This document shows, piece by piece, positions 42,920 through 53,532 of a stretch of 64,000 nucleotides of DNA. A model generated the notes under the pieces. That model was not told the origin of the DNA. It saw nothing but the letters and a program-made list of their open reading frames with translations, and did no database searches. Both the position numbers and the translations under genes were made by a program. Positions within the stretch are counted from its first letter, which is position 1, and each line of letters begins with the position of its first letter. Where the stretch lies: assembly GCA_963716815.1 (NCBI GenBank), contig CAVQUM010000003.1, forward strand, positions 261,320 to 325,319. Direction: 5' to 3'. The stretch comes from an uncultured Chloroflexia bacterium. GTDB taxonomy: Bacteria; Chloroflexota; Limnocylindria; Limnocylindrales; CSP1-4.

Positions 42920-43362
42920 ATGGCCCAAGTCCGACGAGCAGAAGCGAACTGGAGCGGGGATCCTTGAGCGGTGGGGGCTCGGTCAGCGCCTCGACCAGCG
43001 GGATCTTCAGCGACCAGGCCATCACCTGGCGTGCCCGCACCGAGGCTTCCGAAGGCAAGACCAGCCCCGAGGAGCTGCTCGCGGCTGCCCACGCCTCGTG
43101 CTACTCCATGGCCTTCAGCCACGAGCTGGCCCAGGTCGGCTTCCCCCCCGAGCGCGTCGATGTCACGGTCGAGGTCAGCGCCGACAAGACCGACATCGGC
43201 TGGGCCGTGCGGCGCAGCGCCATCAGCGTGCGGGCGGTGGTACCCGGTGCCGACGAGGCGCTCTTCCTCGAGAAGGCGAACGCGGCCAAGGGTGGCTGCC
43301 CCATCTCGCGCGCCATCAGCGACTCGGTCGAGATCACGCTCGAGGCCACGCTCGAGAGCTAG
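42920..43362 (+). CDS. osmC: OsmC-family peroxiredoxin
   Basis: RBS gaaggag. 'MAQVRRAEANWSGD' is followed by a frame break near 42962, then 'SGGGSVSASTSGIF', 'TSPEELLAAAHASCYSMA' and 'GGCPISRA'. Confidence 0.82.
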
Positions 43363-43557
43363 GCTCACGCCCGGCAGGTGGGCTCACGCCCGGCATGTGC
43401 TTATGAACCCAGGCTAGGAAGTCTTCACATCGCGACAACCCCGGATTCACCCTGCGTTGGGTACAACGGGGGAAACGTCGTCGCCATCCCCCGCGACGAC
43501 CCCGGCCTCGCCGCGTCCTTCCCCGGGACGCGGTCGCCGTCGCTCTGTGAGGTTGGC

Positions 43558-44763
43558 ATGACCACGACCGTTCGAACCATCTCTTCCACCCGTCCACGCA
43601 CGATGCTTGCGCTGGCCGGGGCGCTGTCTCTGAGCGGCCTCGTGGCACTCCCCGGATTCACGCACGCTGCCCGGGGTGACGACGACGTCGTCATCGGTGT
43701 CATCGAGACGGCCTCGCCCGCGGTCGTGACCATCCAGACGCCGCCCGGCGCCTTCGGTGACTTCGACGAGCTGGTGCCAGGGGACATCGAGCTGCCCGAG
43801 GGCGCCGAGCTGCCGGAGGGCTTCGAGATGCCCGAGGGCCTGGGCGACCTGCGCGACCTGCTGCCCGAAGGCTTCGGCCTGCCCCAGGAGTTCGGCTTCG
43901 GCGGCACCGGCTCGGGTGTCGTCATCGATCCCGACGGGCTCATCATCACCAACGGCCACGTCGTGGGCAACGCCGACGAGGTGACGGTCATCCTTGACGA
44001 CGGCACCGTGCTCGACGGCGACGTGGTGGGCGTGGACACGCTCACCGACTTCGCCTTCGTGCAGGTGGAGGGAAGCGACCTGCCGGCCGTGACCCTCGGC
44101 GACTCGTCGACGCTGAAGGTCGGCCAGCTGGCGATCTCCATCGGCAACCCGCTGGGCCGCTTCCCCAGCAGCGCCGCGGTCGGCATCATCAGCGGCCTCG
44201 ACCGCAGCATCAGCGCCTTTGGCCGGAGTCTCGCGACCGACCGCCTGAACCACCTCATCCAGACGGACGCGGCCATCAACTCCGGCAACAGCGGCGGCGC
44301 CCTCTTCGACGGAGACGGTGAGCTCATCGGCATCACCACCGCGGAGGCCGGCCTCAATGACGGCATCGGCTTCGCTCTGCCCATCGACCTGGCCAAGCCC
44401 ATCATCGAGCAGGCACTCGCCGGTGAGGCCATCAGCCGCCCCTACGTGGGCGTGGTCTACACCGCCATCGACGCGCAGGTGGCGAAGGAAGAGGGCCTGC
44501 CCGTGACCGAAGGCGCCTGGATCGGCGGCGACTCGCGCGAGGAGCCGGTCGTGGCCGGCAGCCCCGCCGACGAGGCTGGGCTGCAGGCCGGCGACGTCAT
44601 CATCGCCGTCGACGGCGTGGCGGTCGACCGCAGCAACCCGCTCGACCTGCAGGTCCTGCGCTTCGCGCCCGGCGACGAGGTCACCCTCGACGTCCTGCGG
44701 GGCGAGGACGAGCTGCAGCTGGAGGCCACGCTGGGTACGCGCCCGGCCGACCTCAACGGCTAG
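43558..44763 (+). CDS. HtrA/DegP-type serine protease with a PDZ domain
   Basis: TM anchor plus 'GSGVVIDPDGLIITNGHVV', 'TDAAINSGNSGGALF' and the PDZ motif 'GSPADEAGLQAGDVIIAVDG'. The linker is unusual, 'ELPEGAELPEGFEMPEGLGDLRDLLPEGFGLPQEFGFGG'. Confidence 0.88.
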   Translation: MTTTVRTISSTRPRTMLALAGALSLSGLVALPGFTHAARGDDDVVIGVIETASPAVVTIQTPPGAFGDFDELVPGDIELPEGAELPEGFEMPEGLGDLRDLLPEGFGLPQEFGFGGTGSGVVIDPDGLIITNGHVVGNADEVTVILDDGTVLDGDVVGVDTLTDFAFVQVEGSDLPAVTLGDSSTLKVGQLAISIGNPLGRFPSSAAVGIISGLDRSISAFGRSLATDRLNHLIQTDAAINSGNSGGALFDGDGELIGITTAEAGLNDGIGFALPIDLAKPIIEQALAGEAISRPYVGVVYTAIDAQVAKEEGLPVTEGAWIGGDSREEPVVAGSPADEAGLQAGDVIIAVDGVAVDRSNPLDLQVLRFAPGDEVTLDVLRGEDELQLEATLGTRPADLNG

Positions 44764-44779
44764 CCAGCGATCACTCCCA

Positions 44780-44808
44780 GCGGCCCTGCTCGTCGTCGGC
44801 AGGGCCGC
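44780..44808 (+). terminator. Terminator-like hairpin after the protease gene
   Basis: Perfect 10-bp stem gcggccctgc / gcagggccgc with a 9-nt loop, followed by tt. Confidence 0.45.
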
Positions 44809-44834
44809 TTCCGCATGTCTCGGGCCCTGCTAGC

Positions 44835-45269
44835 ATGACGCGGTCCCGCCGCACAGACCAGAGGAGGCCAGCCGACTCGATGCCGCCCACCGAGAACCTG
44901 CAGCGCGTCCCGCAGGTGGCCCTCGACCGCCTGCTGCACCAGGGGCTGTTCACGACCGGCCTCTTCCTCGAGGTCTCCGAGACGCGCACGCGCCGCCAGT
45001 ACCTGGCCGACCAGATCGGCGTGGACATCACCGACATCGATGACTGGCGAGACGAGGCCCTGCTGCTGAACCTGGCCAACTTCGGACCCGACGAGCAGCG
45101 CATCCTGACCCAGGCCGGACTGATCGGCCTCCGCGATGTCGTCGATCTGGAGGCACAGGACTTCCACGACAAGGTGGCCGAGGCGGCCTACACGCTCGGT
45201 GTCGAGATACCCACGGACCTGACCATCCAGGGTTGGTACGACCAGGCGCTGGTCCTCGCCGAGGGCTAG
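44835..45269 (+). CDS. Hypothetical protein (possible helix-hairpin-helix / DUF4332-like)
   Basis: 144 aa containing 'NFGPDEQRILTQAGLIGLRDVVDL'. The family assignment is tentative. Confidence 0.45.
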   Translation: MTRSRRTDQRRPADSMPPTENLQRVPQVALDRLLHQGLFTTGLFLEVSETRTRRQYLADQIGVDITDIDDWRDEALLLNLANFGPDEQRILTQAGLIGLRDVVDLEAQDFHDKVAEAAYTLGVEIPTDLTIQGWYDQALVLAEG

Positions 45270-45294
45270 TCCCGCGTCCCCCTCACCCGGCATC

Positions 45295-45960
45295 GTGGCC
45301 CGCGTCGGGCTCTTCGCCGGTACCGTCCTGGTGGTCATCGCGGCCGCGGTGCTGCCGTTGCTCACGCCCTGGTTCATCCACTTCGCCCTTGACACGGCCG
45401 ACTCGGCGGGGCGGCTGGGCCTGAGCGCGGCGCAGACCTACGCGCTGTCGGACCGCTCGGTGGAGGAGCTGGTCCTGGGGCCGGGCTCGTTCGAGTTCGC
45501 CGGGCCCGACGGCGAACCCTTCTACGACATCGACGAGCGCGGACACCTCGGCGACGCGCGCGTGCTGCTCTACGTCTTCCTCGTGGCCGGCGGTGTGTCG
45601 CTCATCGGCCTGGCCGCGGCGCTCGTCCGTTGGCCGGCGCGGCGAGTCGCGATCTGGACCGTCATCCGCCGGGCCGGACTGGCCACGGCCGGGGCCACGC
45701 TCGTGCTCGGCGCGGTCTCGCTGCTCGCGTTCGACTCGCTCTTCACGCTCTTCCACCAGCTCTTCTTCCCCGGCGGCAACTGGTCCTTCGACCCGGCCAC
45801 GCAACGGCTGGTGCAGCTCTACCCCTTCGCCTTCTGGCAGATCGCGGCGACCGCGCTGGGCATCCTCGTCTTCGTCCTGGGCATGGCGACCTGGCTCCTG
45901 GGCCGCTGGGCCAGCAGGCGCGACCCGGGCGAACTCACGCCCTCGGCCACATCGGGCTAG
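45295..45960 (+). CDS. Integral membrane protein, TIGR01906/DUF1461 (Lit-like) family
   Basis: 221 aa with 'FTLFHQLFFPGGNWSFDPATQRLVQLYPFAFWQ' and 4 TMs. Confidence 0.65.
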   Translation: MARVGLFAGTVLVVIAAAVLPLLTPWFIHFALDTADSAGRLGLSAAQTYALSDRSVEELVLGPGSFEFAGPDGEPFYDIDERGHLGDARVLLYVFLVAGGVSLIGLAAALVRWPARRVAIWTVIRRAGLATAGATLVLGAVSLLAFDSLFTLFHQLFFPGGNWSFDPATQRLVQLYPFAFWQIAATALGILVFVLGMATWLLGRWASRRDPGELTPSATSG

Positions 45961-45970
45961 GCTCAACGCC

Positions 45971-47249
45971 ATGGCCGGTCACCAACTGCTCCCGCTCGAA
46001 GAAGCTCGCGCGCGCATCCTCGAGGACGTGCTGCCACTTCGCGCCGAGTCGGTGCCCCTGTCCGAGGCCCTGGGCCGAGTGCTGGCCGAAGACGCGACCG
46101 CACTGCTGACGCTGCCGCGATGGGACAACAGCGCCATGGACGGCTATGCCGTGCGCAGCGAGGACGTGGCCGCGGCGACTCTCGCTATGCCGGTGACGTT
46201 GCGCGTGGTGGGCGAGGTCGCGGCTGGCCACGAACCCGAAGGGGCCGTTGGACCCGGCACGGCGATGCGCGTGCTCACCGGCGCGATGATGCCATCGGGC
46301 AGCGACGCGGTGGTGAAGGTGGAGGACACCGATGCTGCCGCCGGCGTGGCGGCGCTGCCCCCGATGGTCGCGGTCCATACCGCGGTCAGGCAGGGCAAGG
46401 ACGTGCGCACCGCCGGCAGCGACATGCGCCAGGGTGACCGGCTGCTGGCCGCCGGCACCAGGGTCACGCCGGCCGTCATCGCCGTGCTCGCCGCCGCCGG
46501 ACATGCGCGCCTCGACCTCCACCGCCGTCCGCGGGTCGGCATCATCGCCACCGGCGACGAGTTGACGCCGCTCGGTCAGCCGCTGGGTCCCGCGTCGATC
46601 CCCGACAGCAACAGCGAATTGATCGACCGCCCAGGTGATCGACGCCGGAGCCGAACCGCTGCGGCTGGGTATCGCCACCGATGATCCTGACTCCGTGCGC
46701 GAGCGGCTGCTCGAGGGGATCCTCACGGCCGACCTCCTGGTCGTCACCGGCGGCGTCTCGGTCGGTGCGCACGACGTGGTCAAGGAGGTCTTCGCCGAGA
46801 TCGGCTCGCTTGACCTCTGGCGCGTGGCCATCCAGCCGGGCAAGCCGCTGGCCTACGGCAGCGCGCCGCGGCCCGACGGCGGCCAGTGCCTGCTCTTCGG
46901 CCTGCCGGGCAACCCGGTCAGCACCTTCGTCACGTTCGAGCTCTTCGTGCGCCCGGTGCTGCGACGCCTGCGCGGCGAGGACCCCGACGGCGGGCGACTC
47001 CGCGTCCGAGCCACGCTCGCCGACCCGGTACGCAAGTCGGCCGGGCGACGAGCCTTCATCAGGGTCTCGCTCGAGGAGGACCCCGGCCTGTCTCCGACCT
47101 GGACGGCACGGCTGGCCGGCGGGCAGGGATCGCACGTACTCTCAGCACTGGCCCTCGCAGATGGGCTGGCAGTCATCCCGGAAGAGACCGACAGTGTCCC
47201 CGCCGGAACGCAAGTGGAGGTCATCAGGCTTGACGCCGAAGTCGCGTGA
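45971..47249 (+). CDS. moeA: Molybdopterin molybdenumtransferase MoeA
   Basis: Contains '[11 protein letters not shown]', '[13 protein letters not shown]', '[12 protein letters not shown]' and 'FGLPGNPVS'. One frame break lies near 46620. Confidence 0.88.
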
Positions 47250-47878
47250 TACCTGGCCCGGTGGGGCCAAGAGCGGGGATCGTTCCAGCCGCAAGGACCG
47301 GCGCCGGCTGAGCCATGTCGACCGCCTGGGCCGTCCACGCATGGTCGACGTCAGCCACAAGCCGGTGAGCGCGCGACGGGCGGTGGCCGAGGCCACGGTC
47401 AAGATGGACCAGGACACGCTCACGCTCGTCATCGACGGCGAGGGGGCCAAGGGCGACGTGCTCAGCGTGGCCGAGCTGGCCGGCATCATGGCCGCCAAGC
47501 GCACCTCGGAACTCATCCCGCTGTGTCACCCGCTGCCGCTGACCGAGATCTCCGGTGGAGATCCAGCCCGAGCGCAAGACCGGCACCTTGATCGTCACCG
47601 CGTCGGCGGCCACCACGGCCCAGACGGGCGTGGAGATGGAGGCCATGACCGCGGCCGCGATCGCAGCCCTGACCATCTACGACATGGTCAAGTCGGCCGA
47701 CCGGTTCGTGACGGTGACGAACGTGCGACTGCTCGAGAAGAGCGGAGGCGCGAGCGGCCACTGGAAGCGACCGGCCCCGGCCGAGCAGCGCGCGGACGAC
47801 GAAGCCAAGCCGGCCCACACCAAGGGCAAACCCGCGGCGGCGCCGACCAAGCGTGCCCGCGCCCCCCGGAAGGGCTGA
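47230..47878 (+). CDS. moaC: Cyclic pyranopterin monophosphate synthase MoaC with a basic Ala/Lys/Pro tail
   Basis: Contains '[10 protein letters not shown]', '[10 protein letters not shown]' and '[21 protein letters not shown]'. A frame break lies near 47557 (tccggtggag where tccgtggag is expected). The start is uncertain, either TTG 47230 or ATG 47341. Confidence 0.85.
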
Positions 47879-47884
47879 GCGATC

Positions 47885-48386
47885 GTGCCCCACGAGAGCC
47901 ATGTGGACGGCCTGCCGGCGCTGGTGCTGACCGTCAGCGATGGCGTCAGCGCGGGCACCCGCGAGGACCGCAGCGGCGAGGTCGTGGCCGAGCGCCTGAC
48001 CGGGCTCGGCTTCGAGGTGCGCCGTGAAGCCGTGGCCGACGAACCCGCTGACATCGCCCGCGTCGTGGCCGCGGCGGCGGACGGCGGTACCCGCCTCGTC
48101 GTCACCTCTGGCGGCACCGGGCTGGGCCCGCGCGACCGCACGCCCGAAGGCGTCACCACCGTCATCGACTACGTCGTGCCGGGCTTCGGCGAGGCCATGC
48201 GCGCCGAGGGCCGGACGCACACGCCGCTGGCGAGCCTCTCACGCTCGTTCGGCGCGGTGCGCAGACAGACGCTGATCCTGTGCCTGCCCGGCAGCCCCCG
48301 CGGCGCCCTCGAATCGCTCGATGCGGTGGACATCGATCCTGGGCCACACGCTCGAGACCCTCGCGGGGCGCACGGCCCACACGTAG
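47885..48386 (+). CDS. mog: Molybdenum cofactor biosynthesis protein MogA/MoaB
   Basis: Contains 'VLTVSDG' and '[13 protein letters not shown]'. A frame break near 48338 gives the end '...[16 protein letters not shown]'. Confidence 0.82.
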
Positions 48387-48408
48387 CGGTGGTGTAACCT
48401 CACGAGCG

Positions 48409-48973
48409 ATGCGCTGTCCGAACTGCGGGACGCTGGACGGCCGAGTCATCGATTCCCGTGATCTCGACGAGTCGACGACCGTCCGACGGCGCCGCGAATG
48501 CTCCGGTTGCCGCTCGCGCTACACCACCTACGAGCGCGTGGAATCTGCGCGTCTGGTAGTGGTCAAGACGGACGGCACGCGCGAGGAGTTCGACCGCGAC
48601 AAGCTCGCCGATGGACTGAAGAAGGCGCTGGTGCGCCGCCCGGTGGGGGCGGGTGCGGCCGACGGGGCCGCGGACGAGATCGAAGCTGCACTGCGCGCCC
48701 AGGGCCTCAACGAGATCCGCCTCACGCGAGATCGGCCAGCTGGCCATGGAGAAGCTGCGCGCGCTCGACCACATCGCCTTCATCCGCTTCATGAGCGTGT
48801 ACCAGTCGTTCGACGACATCGAGCAGCTCAAGCAGGAGGTCGACGCCCTTTACGAGGAGCGCAGCGACCGCGTACCCGGCCAGACGACGCTGCGCCTGGT
48901 CGCGGAAGATGGGGCCATCACGCCCATCGGCCCGCGGGGCACGCCGCGCCGCCGACCGACCAAGCGCAAGTAG
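48409..48973 (+). CDS. nrdR: Transcriptional repressor NrdR
   Basis: Zn ribbon 'MRCPNCG...CSGC' and ATP-cone '[16 protein letters not shown]'. After a frame break near 48722 it reads '[32 protein letters not shown]'. Confidence 0.88.
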
Positions 48974-48981
48974 GGGTTCCC

Positions 48982-50622
48982 ATGAGCGTCCTCGCCGACC
49001 GCGATATCCGTACCGCCATGCAGGAAGGGCGCATCCGCATCGATCCCTTCGACGAGGACTGTCTGCAGCCATCCTCGGTCGACCTCCACCTCGACCGCGA
49101 GTTCCGCGTCTTCCACAACTACCGCTACGCACGCATCGACCCACGCGTGGAGATGCCCGACCTGACCGAGCCGACCGAGGTCGACGGTGACGAGCCGTTC
49201 ATCCTGCATCCGGGCGAGTTCGTGCTGGGCCAGACGCTCGAATGGGTCGAACTGCCCGACGACCTCGTGGCTCGCCTGGAGGGCAAGGCACTCGCGCTCG
49301 ACACGCCGGTGCCAACGCCCAGCGGCTGGCGCAGGATCGGTGACCTGGAGATCGGCGACTACGTCTTCCACGAGAGCGGACGGCCGATCCCGATCATCGA
49401 TGCTACGGATGTGATGCTGGACCGCCCGTGCTATGAGGTCATCTTCTCCGATGGCCAGCGCGTCATCGCCGACGCCTCGCACCAGTGGGTCACCATCGAC
49501 AAGAGCGGACGTCGTCGCGGACGCCAGGTCCGCACGGTTCGCACGACCGCCGAGATCGCCGAATCGGTACGTCGCCAGGGCGAGATGAATCACCACATCC
49601 CTCTCGCGTCGCCAGTGGAGTACCCGCATCGTCTTGACCTGCCGATCGAGCCGTACACCCTCGGTGCCTGGCTCGGCGACGGGACCACGACGACGGCCGA
49701 GATCACCTGCTGTGACGAGGGTGTCCTCGAGCGCATCAGCGGGGACGGCTACACCGTCAGGCGCACTGGCTATGGCACACGCTTGTACCGCATCGGTGGG
49801 ACCGGCAGCACGAGAGACCTGCTGAGCGGTCGATACACTCGCAACGGCTCGCTCTCGAGTGAGCTCCGCAACCTCGGACTGATGAACGGTAAGTTCGTGC
49901 CTCGGCCATACCTGGAGGCGAGCGTCGCGCAGCGGCAGGCACTTCTCGAAGGCCTGATGGACACCGACGGCTTCGTGGACGACGTCGCCGGCCGCTGCGA
50001 ATTCGTCAGCACCAACGAGAGCCTCGCGAACGGCGTGCTGGAGCTTGCCGCGAGCCTCGGCTTCAGGCCGATCAAGTCCGAAGGCCGAGCGATGCTCGAT
50101 GGAGTCGACCACGGCCTCAAGTACCGTGTGAAGTTCACGCCGGATCGACCGGTCTTCGGACTCCAGCGGAAGGTGGCCCGCCAGCGGCCGAGCGACTCGC
50201 GGTTCCACCGCTTCCGGGCGATCGACGCGGTGCGTAAGGTCGCCTCGGTTCCCGTTCGCTGCATCCAAGTGGCCTCGCCCGATGGCGTCTTCCTCGTCTC
50301 GAAGTCGTTCATCCCGACGCACAACAGCTCCCTCGGACGGCTGGGACTGCTCATCCACTCGACCGCGGGGTACGTGGATCCAGGCTGGAAGGGCAACCTC
50401 ACGCTCGAGCTCTCGAACGTGGCCAACCTGCCCATCGCGCTCTACTTCGGGATGCGCATCGGCCAGATCTCGTTCTTCGAGATGTCCAGCCCGGTCGAGC
50501 GGCCATACGGCAGCAAGGGCCTGGGCTCGCGCTACCAGGGACAGCGTTCACCCACCGCCAGCGGCGCCTACCGCGACTTCGAGGACAGCCGCCGCACGAC
50601 CAAGGGAGGCCCGCGCAGCTGA
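48982..50622 (+). CDS. dcd: dCTP deaminase interrupted by an intein
   Basis: The N-extein is '[23 protein letters not shown]...[30 protein letters not shown]'. The C-extein is '[31 protein letters not shown]...'. The exteins join to the conserved G(K/R)SSLGRLG active-site motif. Confidence 0.9.
   Translation: MSVLADRDIRTAMQEGRIRIDPFDEDCLQPSSVDLHLDREFRVFHNYRYARIDPRVEMPDLTEPTEVDGDEPFILHPGEFVLGQTLEWVELPDDLVARLEGKALALDTPVPTPSGWRRIGDLEIGDYVFHESGRPIPIIDATDVMLDRPCYEVIFSDGQRVIADASHQWVTIDKSGRRRGRQVRTVRTTAEIAESVRRQGEMNHHIPLASPVEYPHRLDLPIEPYTLGAWLGDGTTTTAEITCCDEGVLERISGDGYTVRRTGYGTRLYRIGGTGSTRDLLSGRYTRNGSLSSELRNLGLMNGKFVPRPYLEASVAQRQALLEGLMDTDGFVDDVAGRCEFVSTNESLANGVLELAASLGFRPIKSEGRAMLDGVDHGLKYRVKFTPDRPVFGLQRKVARQRPSDSRFHRFRAIDAVRKVASVPVRCIQVASPDGVFLVSKSFIPTHNSSLGRLGLLIHSTAGYVDPGWKGNLTLELSNVANLPIALYFGMRIGQISFFEMSSPVERPYGSKGLGSRYQGQRSPTASGAYRDFEDSRRTTKGGPRS
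49288..50325 (+). mobile_element. Intein (346 aa) with a LAGLIDADG homing-endonuclease domain; Ala1 and a class 3 (WCT) signature
   Basis: Block A is '[26 protein letters not shown]'. Block B is '[13 protein letters not shown]'. The LAGLIDADG motifs are '[10 protein letters not shown]' and '[12 protein letters not shown]'. Block F is 'PVRCIQV' and block G is 'FIPTHN|S'. Confidence 0.88.
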
Positions 50623-51484
50623 TGGCCATCGACGCGACCGCCGACTGGCGCAGCGACCTCGGCGGCGGTACCACCATCGCCCTGGTCCAGGCCGGCGTCT
50701 TCACCACCGACGCCGGCACCGATCCTGGGTCCCGTACCGCGCGAGATGTGGGAGCACCTCGTGGAGGACGAGCTCGACGAGCGCCACCGCGTGACGCAGG
50801 CGCTCAACTGCCTGCTGGTGGAGACGCCTGCGGGCCGGGTGCTGGTCGAGACCGGCGTCGGTGAGCGCATGGACGACCACCACAAGGCCCAGCGCGGCGT
50901 GCGCGGGAAGCCCATCCTGCCCTCGCTGCGGGACGGCCGGGTTCGACCCTGACTCGATCGACTACGTGGCCCTCTCGCACCTCCACTTCGACCATGCCGG
51001 CGGCCTGCTCACCACGGCCGGTGAGTACGCCTTTCCCAAGGCGCGCATCGTGGCCCAGGCCGACGAGTGGCGCTTCGCGCTCGACGACAACCCTCGCCTC
51101 ATCGCCTCGTACGAGCAGGCCGAGCTGCGGCTGGCTGAGGCCTGGGCACGCCCCGGTTCGGCCGATGGCGACGAGGAGCTCATGCCCGGTGTCGAGGTGC
51201 GCCGCACGAGTGGTCATTCGGGCGGCCACCAGGCGGTCATCGTGCGCGGCCGCGACGAGACCGTCGCCTTCATCGGCGACCTGTGCATGCGACCGTGGTC
51301 GGCCAACCCCAGGTGGGTCACGTCCTTCGACGACTTTCCCTTGACCTCGGTGGAGGTGAAGGCCGCGCTCTTCGCGGAGGCGGCCGCCGAGGACTGGACG
51401 ATCGTGCTCTCGCACGAGCCGCGCGCACCCGTGGGCAAGCTGCGGCCCTACAAGGACAAGTACCGCTTCGAGTCGATCCTCTAG
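50622..51484 (+). CDS. MBL-fold metallo-hydrolase
   Basis: Contains 'NCLLVETPAGRVLVETG', 'LSHLHFDHAGG' and 'GHSGGHQAV'. Frame breaks lie near 50725 and 50935. The ATG overlaps the dcd stop. Confidence 0.75.
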
Positions 51485-51624
51485 ACGAGCGGCCACCTGG
51501 GCCGTCGGTCGACGCGTGGGCAGATCGGCCGCACAGTGCCGACCGTATCGGAGCACCGACGCGGTCGTCACGAGTTGCCCAGCCTCGTAGCGGCGCAGGA
51601 TCGGTCGAGATGTCGACCACTGCG

Positions 51625-52291
51625 TCAGGGTGTCGCCACCAGCAGTGGCTCGATGAGCTCGGCCGCCGTCTCGCGATCGACCGGGCCGTAGCGCAGGTGG
51701 GCGATCTCGCCCTCGGCGTCGATGAAGACGTGCGTCGGCAACCCGAAGCCACCGTACGTCTCGAAGACCGCGCCGGTGGCGTCGAAGCCGATGGTGTACG
51801 GGAGTGAGTAGCGCTCGGCATACGCCGCCACGTCCGTCGCTGTCGTCTCCTGCACGCTGATCGCGATCATCTCCAGGCCCTCGTCGTGGTAGGTCTGGTA
51901 CGCCTCGCGCAGCACTGGCGTCTCCTCCTGGCAGGGCGGGCACCAGGTAGCGAAGAAGCTCAGCCAGACGGGGCTGCCACGGTGCTCCGCGAGGCTCACG
52001 ACCGCGCCCTCGAGGTCACGCAATGGCTGCGTCTCGCCGTCGACCTCGCCTTCCAGCTCCGGCGCCAGCTGGCCCAGCGGCGAGGCCCGTCGTCCGTTCG
52101 CCGGTCTGGTAGAAGCCCGAGCCGGGCGACACGGGCGCTGGCTCGGGCACGCTGATGGGCGTCGTCAGCAGGGCCAGCCCACCAGCGGCCACGACCAGGA
52201 CGACCACGAGGATCACCAGATGGCGCAGGGTGAACGGACCGATGACCTTCTTCTGCCAGCGTGACGGCGGCGGGGTCGGAGCGTCGGTCAA
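51625..52291 (-). CDS. TlpA/ResA-like thiol:disulfide oxidoreductase (membrane-anchored thioredoxin fold)
   Basis: A TTG start overlaps the ccdA stop. The TM is 'LVILVVVLVVAAGGLALL', a frame break lies near 52078, and the redox motif is 'WLSFFATWCPPCQEE'. Confidence 0.78.
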
Positions 52292-53115
52292 ATCGGAGTC
52301 TCGATCCAGGTGCTGAAGTCGAGCCAGGCGAACTGCTGGGCGAACCAGCCGAGCCAGTCGAAGATGAGCGCCAGGCCGAGCAGGACGATGAGCGCGCCGC
52401 CGGCGATCTCGATGTAGCGGCTGTAGCGCACGAGCGGGCGGGTGATGAGCGGCGCCCGGTCGACCGCGAGCGCGACCACGATGAATGGGATGCCCAGTCC
52501 GAGCGAGTAGGCGACGAGCAGGCCGACGACCTGAGGGCTTGCACCCACCGCGGCCATCATCAGGATGCTGCCCAGGACGGGGCCGATGCAGGGCGTCCAG
52601 CCGACGGCGAAGACGCTGCCGAGGACGAAGCCGCCGAGGAGCCCGCCGCGCCGCTGGCCCGGATCGCCGCCACCGAAGCGCTCGAGTGGCTTCCACGATC
52701 GCGCCAGCGTGCGGAACTGGAACACGCCCATGAGGTTGAGGCCCAGGATCACCAGGATGACGCCGCCGATCTGTCGCAGCAGCGGCATGTGCTCGCGCAG
52801 CGGGCTGGCTGCCTGGTAGATGAGGATGCCCACGACCGTGAAGACGAGCGTGAAGCCGAGCACGAAGGCGAAGGCGTTGGGAATGGCTCGCCAACCGCTC
52901 GCGCGTGGAGGCACGGGTGTCCGTGGGGCCGTGCCGAAACCGCCGTCGACCGCGATCTCACCGACCGCAGCCAGGTTCGTGGCGCCCAGGCCGGCGGGTT
53001 TGGGCGCGGCCACGATGCCAAGCTGGCCCAGGTAGGCCGGCACCACCGGCAGCACGCACGGGGACAGGAAGCTGAGCAGGCCGGCCAGGAGTGCGGCGCC
53101 GAGGGTGACGTCCAC
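52288..53115 (-). CDS. ccdA: Cytochrome c biogenesis protein CcdA (DsbD family)
   Basis: 275 aa with 'FLSPCVLPVVPAYLG' and 'FAVGWTPCIGPVLGSIL'. Confidence 0.88.
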   Translation of the reverse strand: MDVTLGAALLAGLLSFLSPCVLPVVPAYLGQLGIVAAPKPAGLGATNLAAVGEIAVDGGFGTAPRTPVPPRASGWRAIPNAFAFVLGFTLVFTVVGILIYQAASPLREHMPLLRQIGGVILVILGLNLMGVFQFRTLARSWKPLERFGGGDPGQRRGGLLGGFVLGSVFAVGWTPCIGPVLGSILMMAAVGASPQVVGLLVAYSLGLGIPFIVVALAVDRAPLITRPLVRYSRYIEIAGGALIVLLGLALIFDWLGWFAQQFAWLDFSTWIETPI

Positions 53116-53131
53116 GCTCAGGTGCGCCGCA

Positions 53132-53416
53132 TCACTGCGGCGAGGGGAGGGCGTGGGCCAGGAACTCGCGCACCTGACGGCCGCTCGTCACGAGTTCGCT
53201 CTCGACTTCGCCGATGGCGAAGACCGGGATGCGGCGGCGGTAGCGCGACTCCAGCTCAGGGTCGGTGGAGATGTCGACGCGGACCACCTCGACCGGCGGC
53301 AGGCCGGCCCGGGCACGCTCGGCCAGTTCGTCCCGCAGCAGCAGCTCTGCGTCGTCGCACAGGTGGCAGCCAGGACGGCGGTAGATCGTCAGCGTCGGGC
53401 GCACGGTGTCGTTCAT
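53132..53416 (-). CDS. Glutaredoxin-like protein (DUF836 type)
   Basis: 94 aa with 'TIYRRPGCHLCDDA' and 'IPVFAIG'. Confidence 0.7.
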   Translation of the reverse strand: MNDTVRPTLTIYRRPGCHLCDDAELLLRDELAERARAGLPPVEVVRVDISTDPELESRYRRRIPVFAIGEVESELVTSGRQVREFLAHALPSPQ

Positions 53417-53456
53417 GTCAGCGCTGATTCTACGGTGCGCTACGATTCGAGCCCGC

Positions 53457-53532
53457 GCCCCCGTAGCTCAGTGGATAGAGCGGCAGCGTCCTAAGCTGCG
53501 CGTCGGCGGTTCGAATCCGTCCGGGGGCGCCA
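53457..53532 (+). tRNA. tRNA-Arg (anticodon CCT), CCA encoded
   Basis: The acceptor is GCCCCCG/CGGGGGC, the D-arm GTAGCTCAGTGGATAGAGC, the anticodon stem GCAGC/GCTGC with loop GTCCTAA, the T-arm GGCGGTTCGAATCCGTC, and the 3' end is G-CCA. Confidence 0.92.

Noticed and set aside
49288-49290. Ala1 of the intein as a sequencing error for Cys
   Set aside because: Changing gca to tgc or tgt needs at least two substitutions, whereas the errors in this assembly are indels. The independent Trp (block B), Cys (block F) and Thr (block G) residues fit a genuine Ala1 class 3 intein.
48280-50622. A single 780-aa ORF spanning NrdR and Dcd
   Set aside because: The middle part is Arg/Pro/His-rich read-through of an out-of-frame NrdR C-terminus. 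NrdR continues in another frame to 48973, and dcd has its own ATG at 48982.
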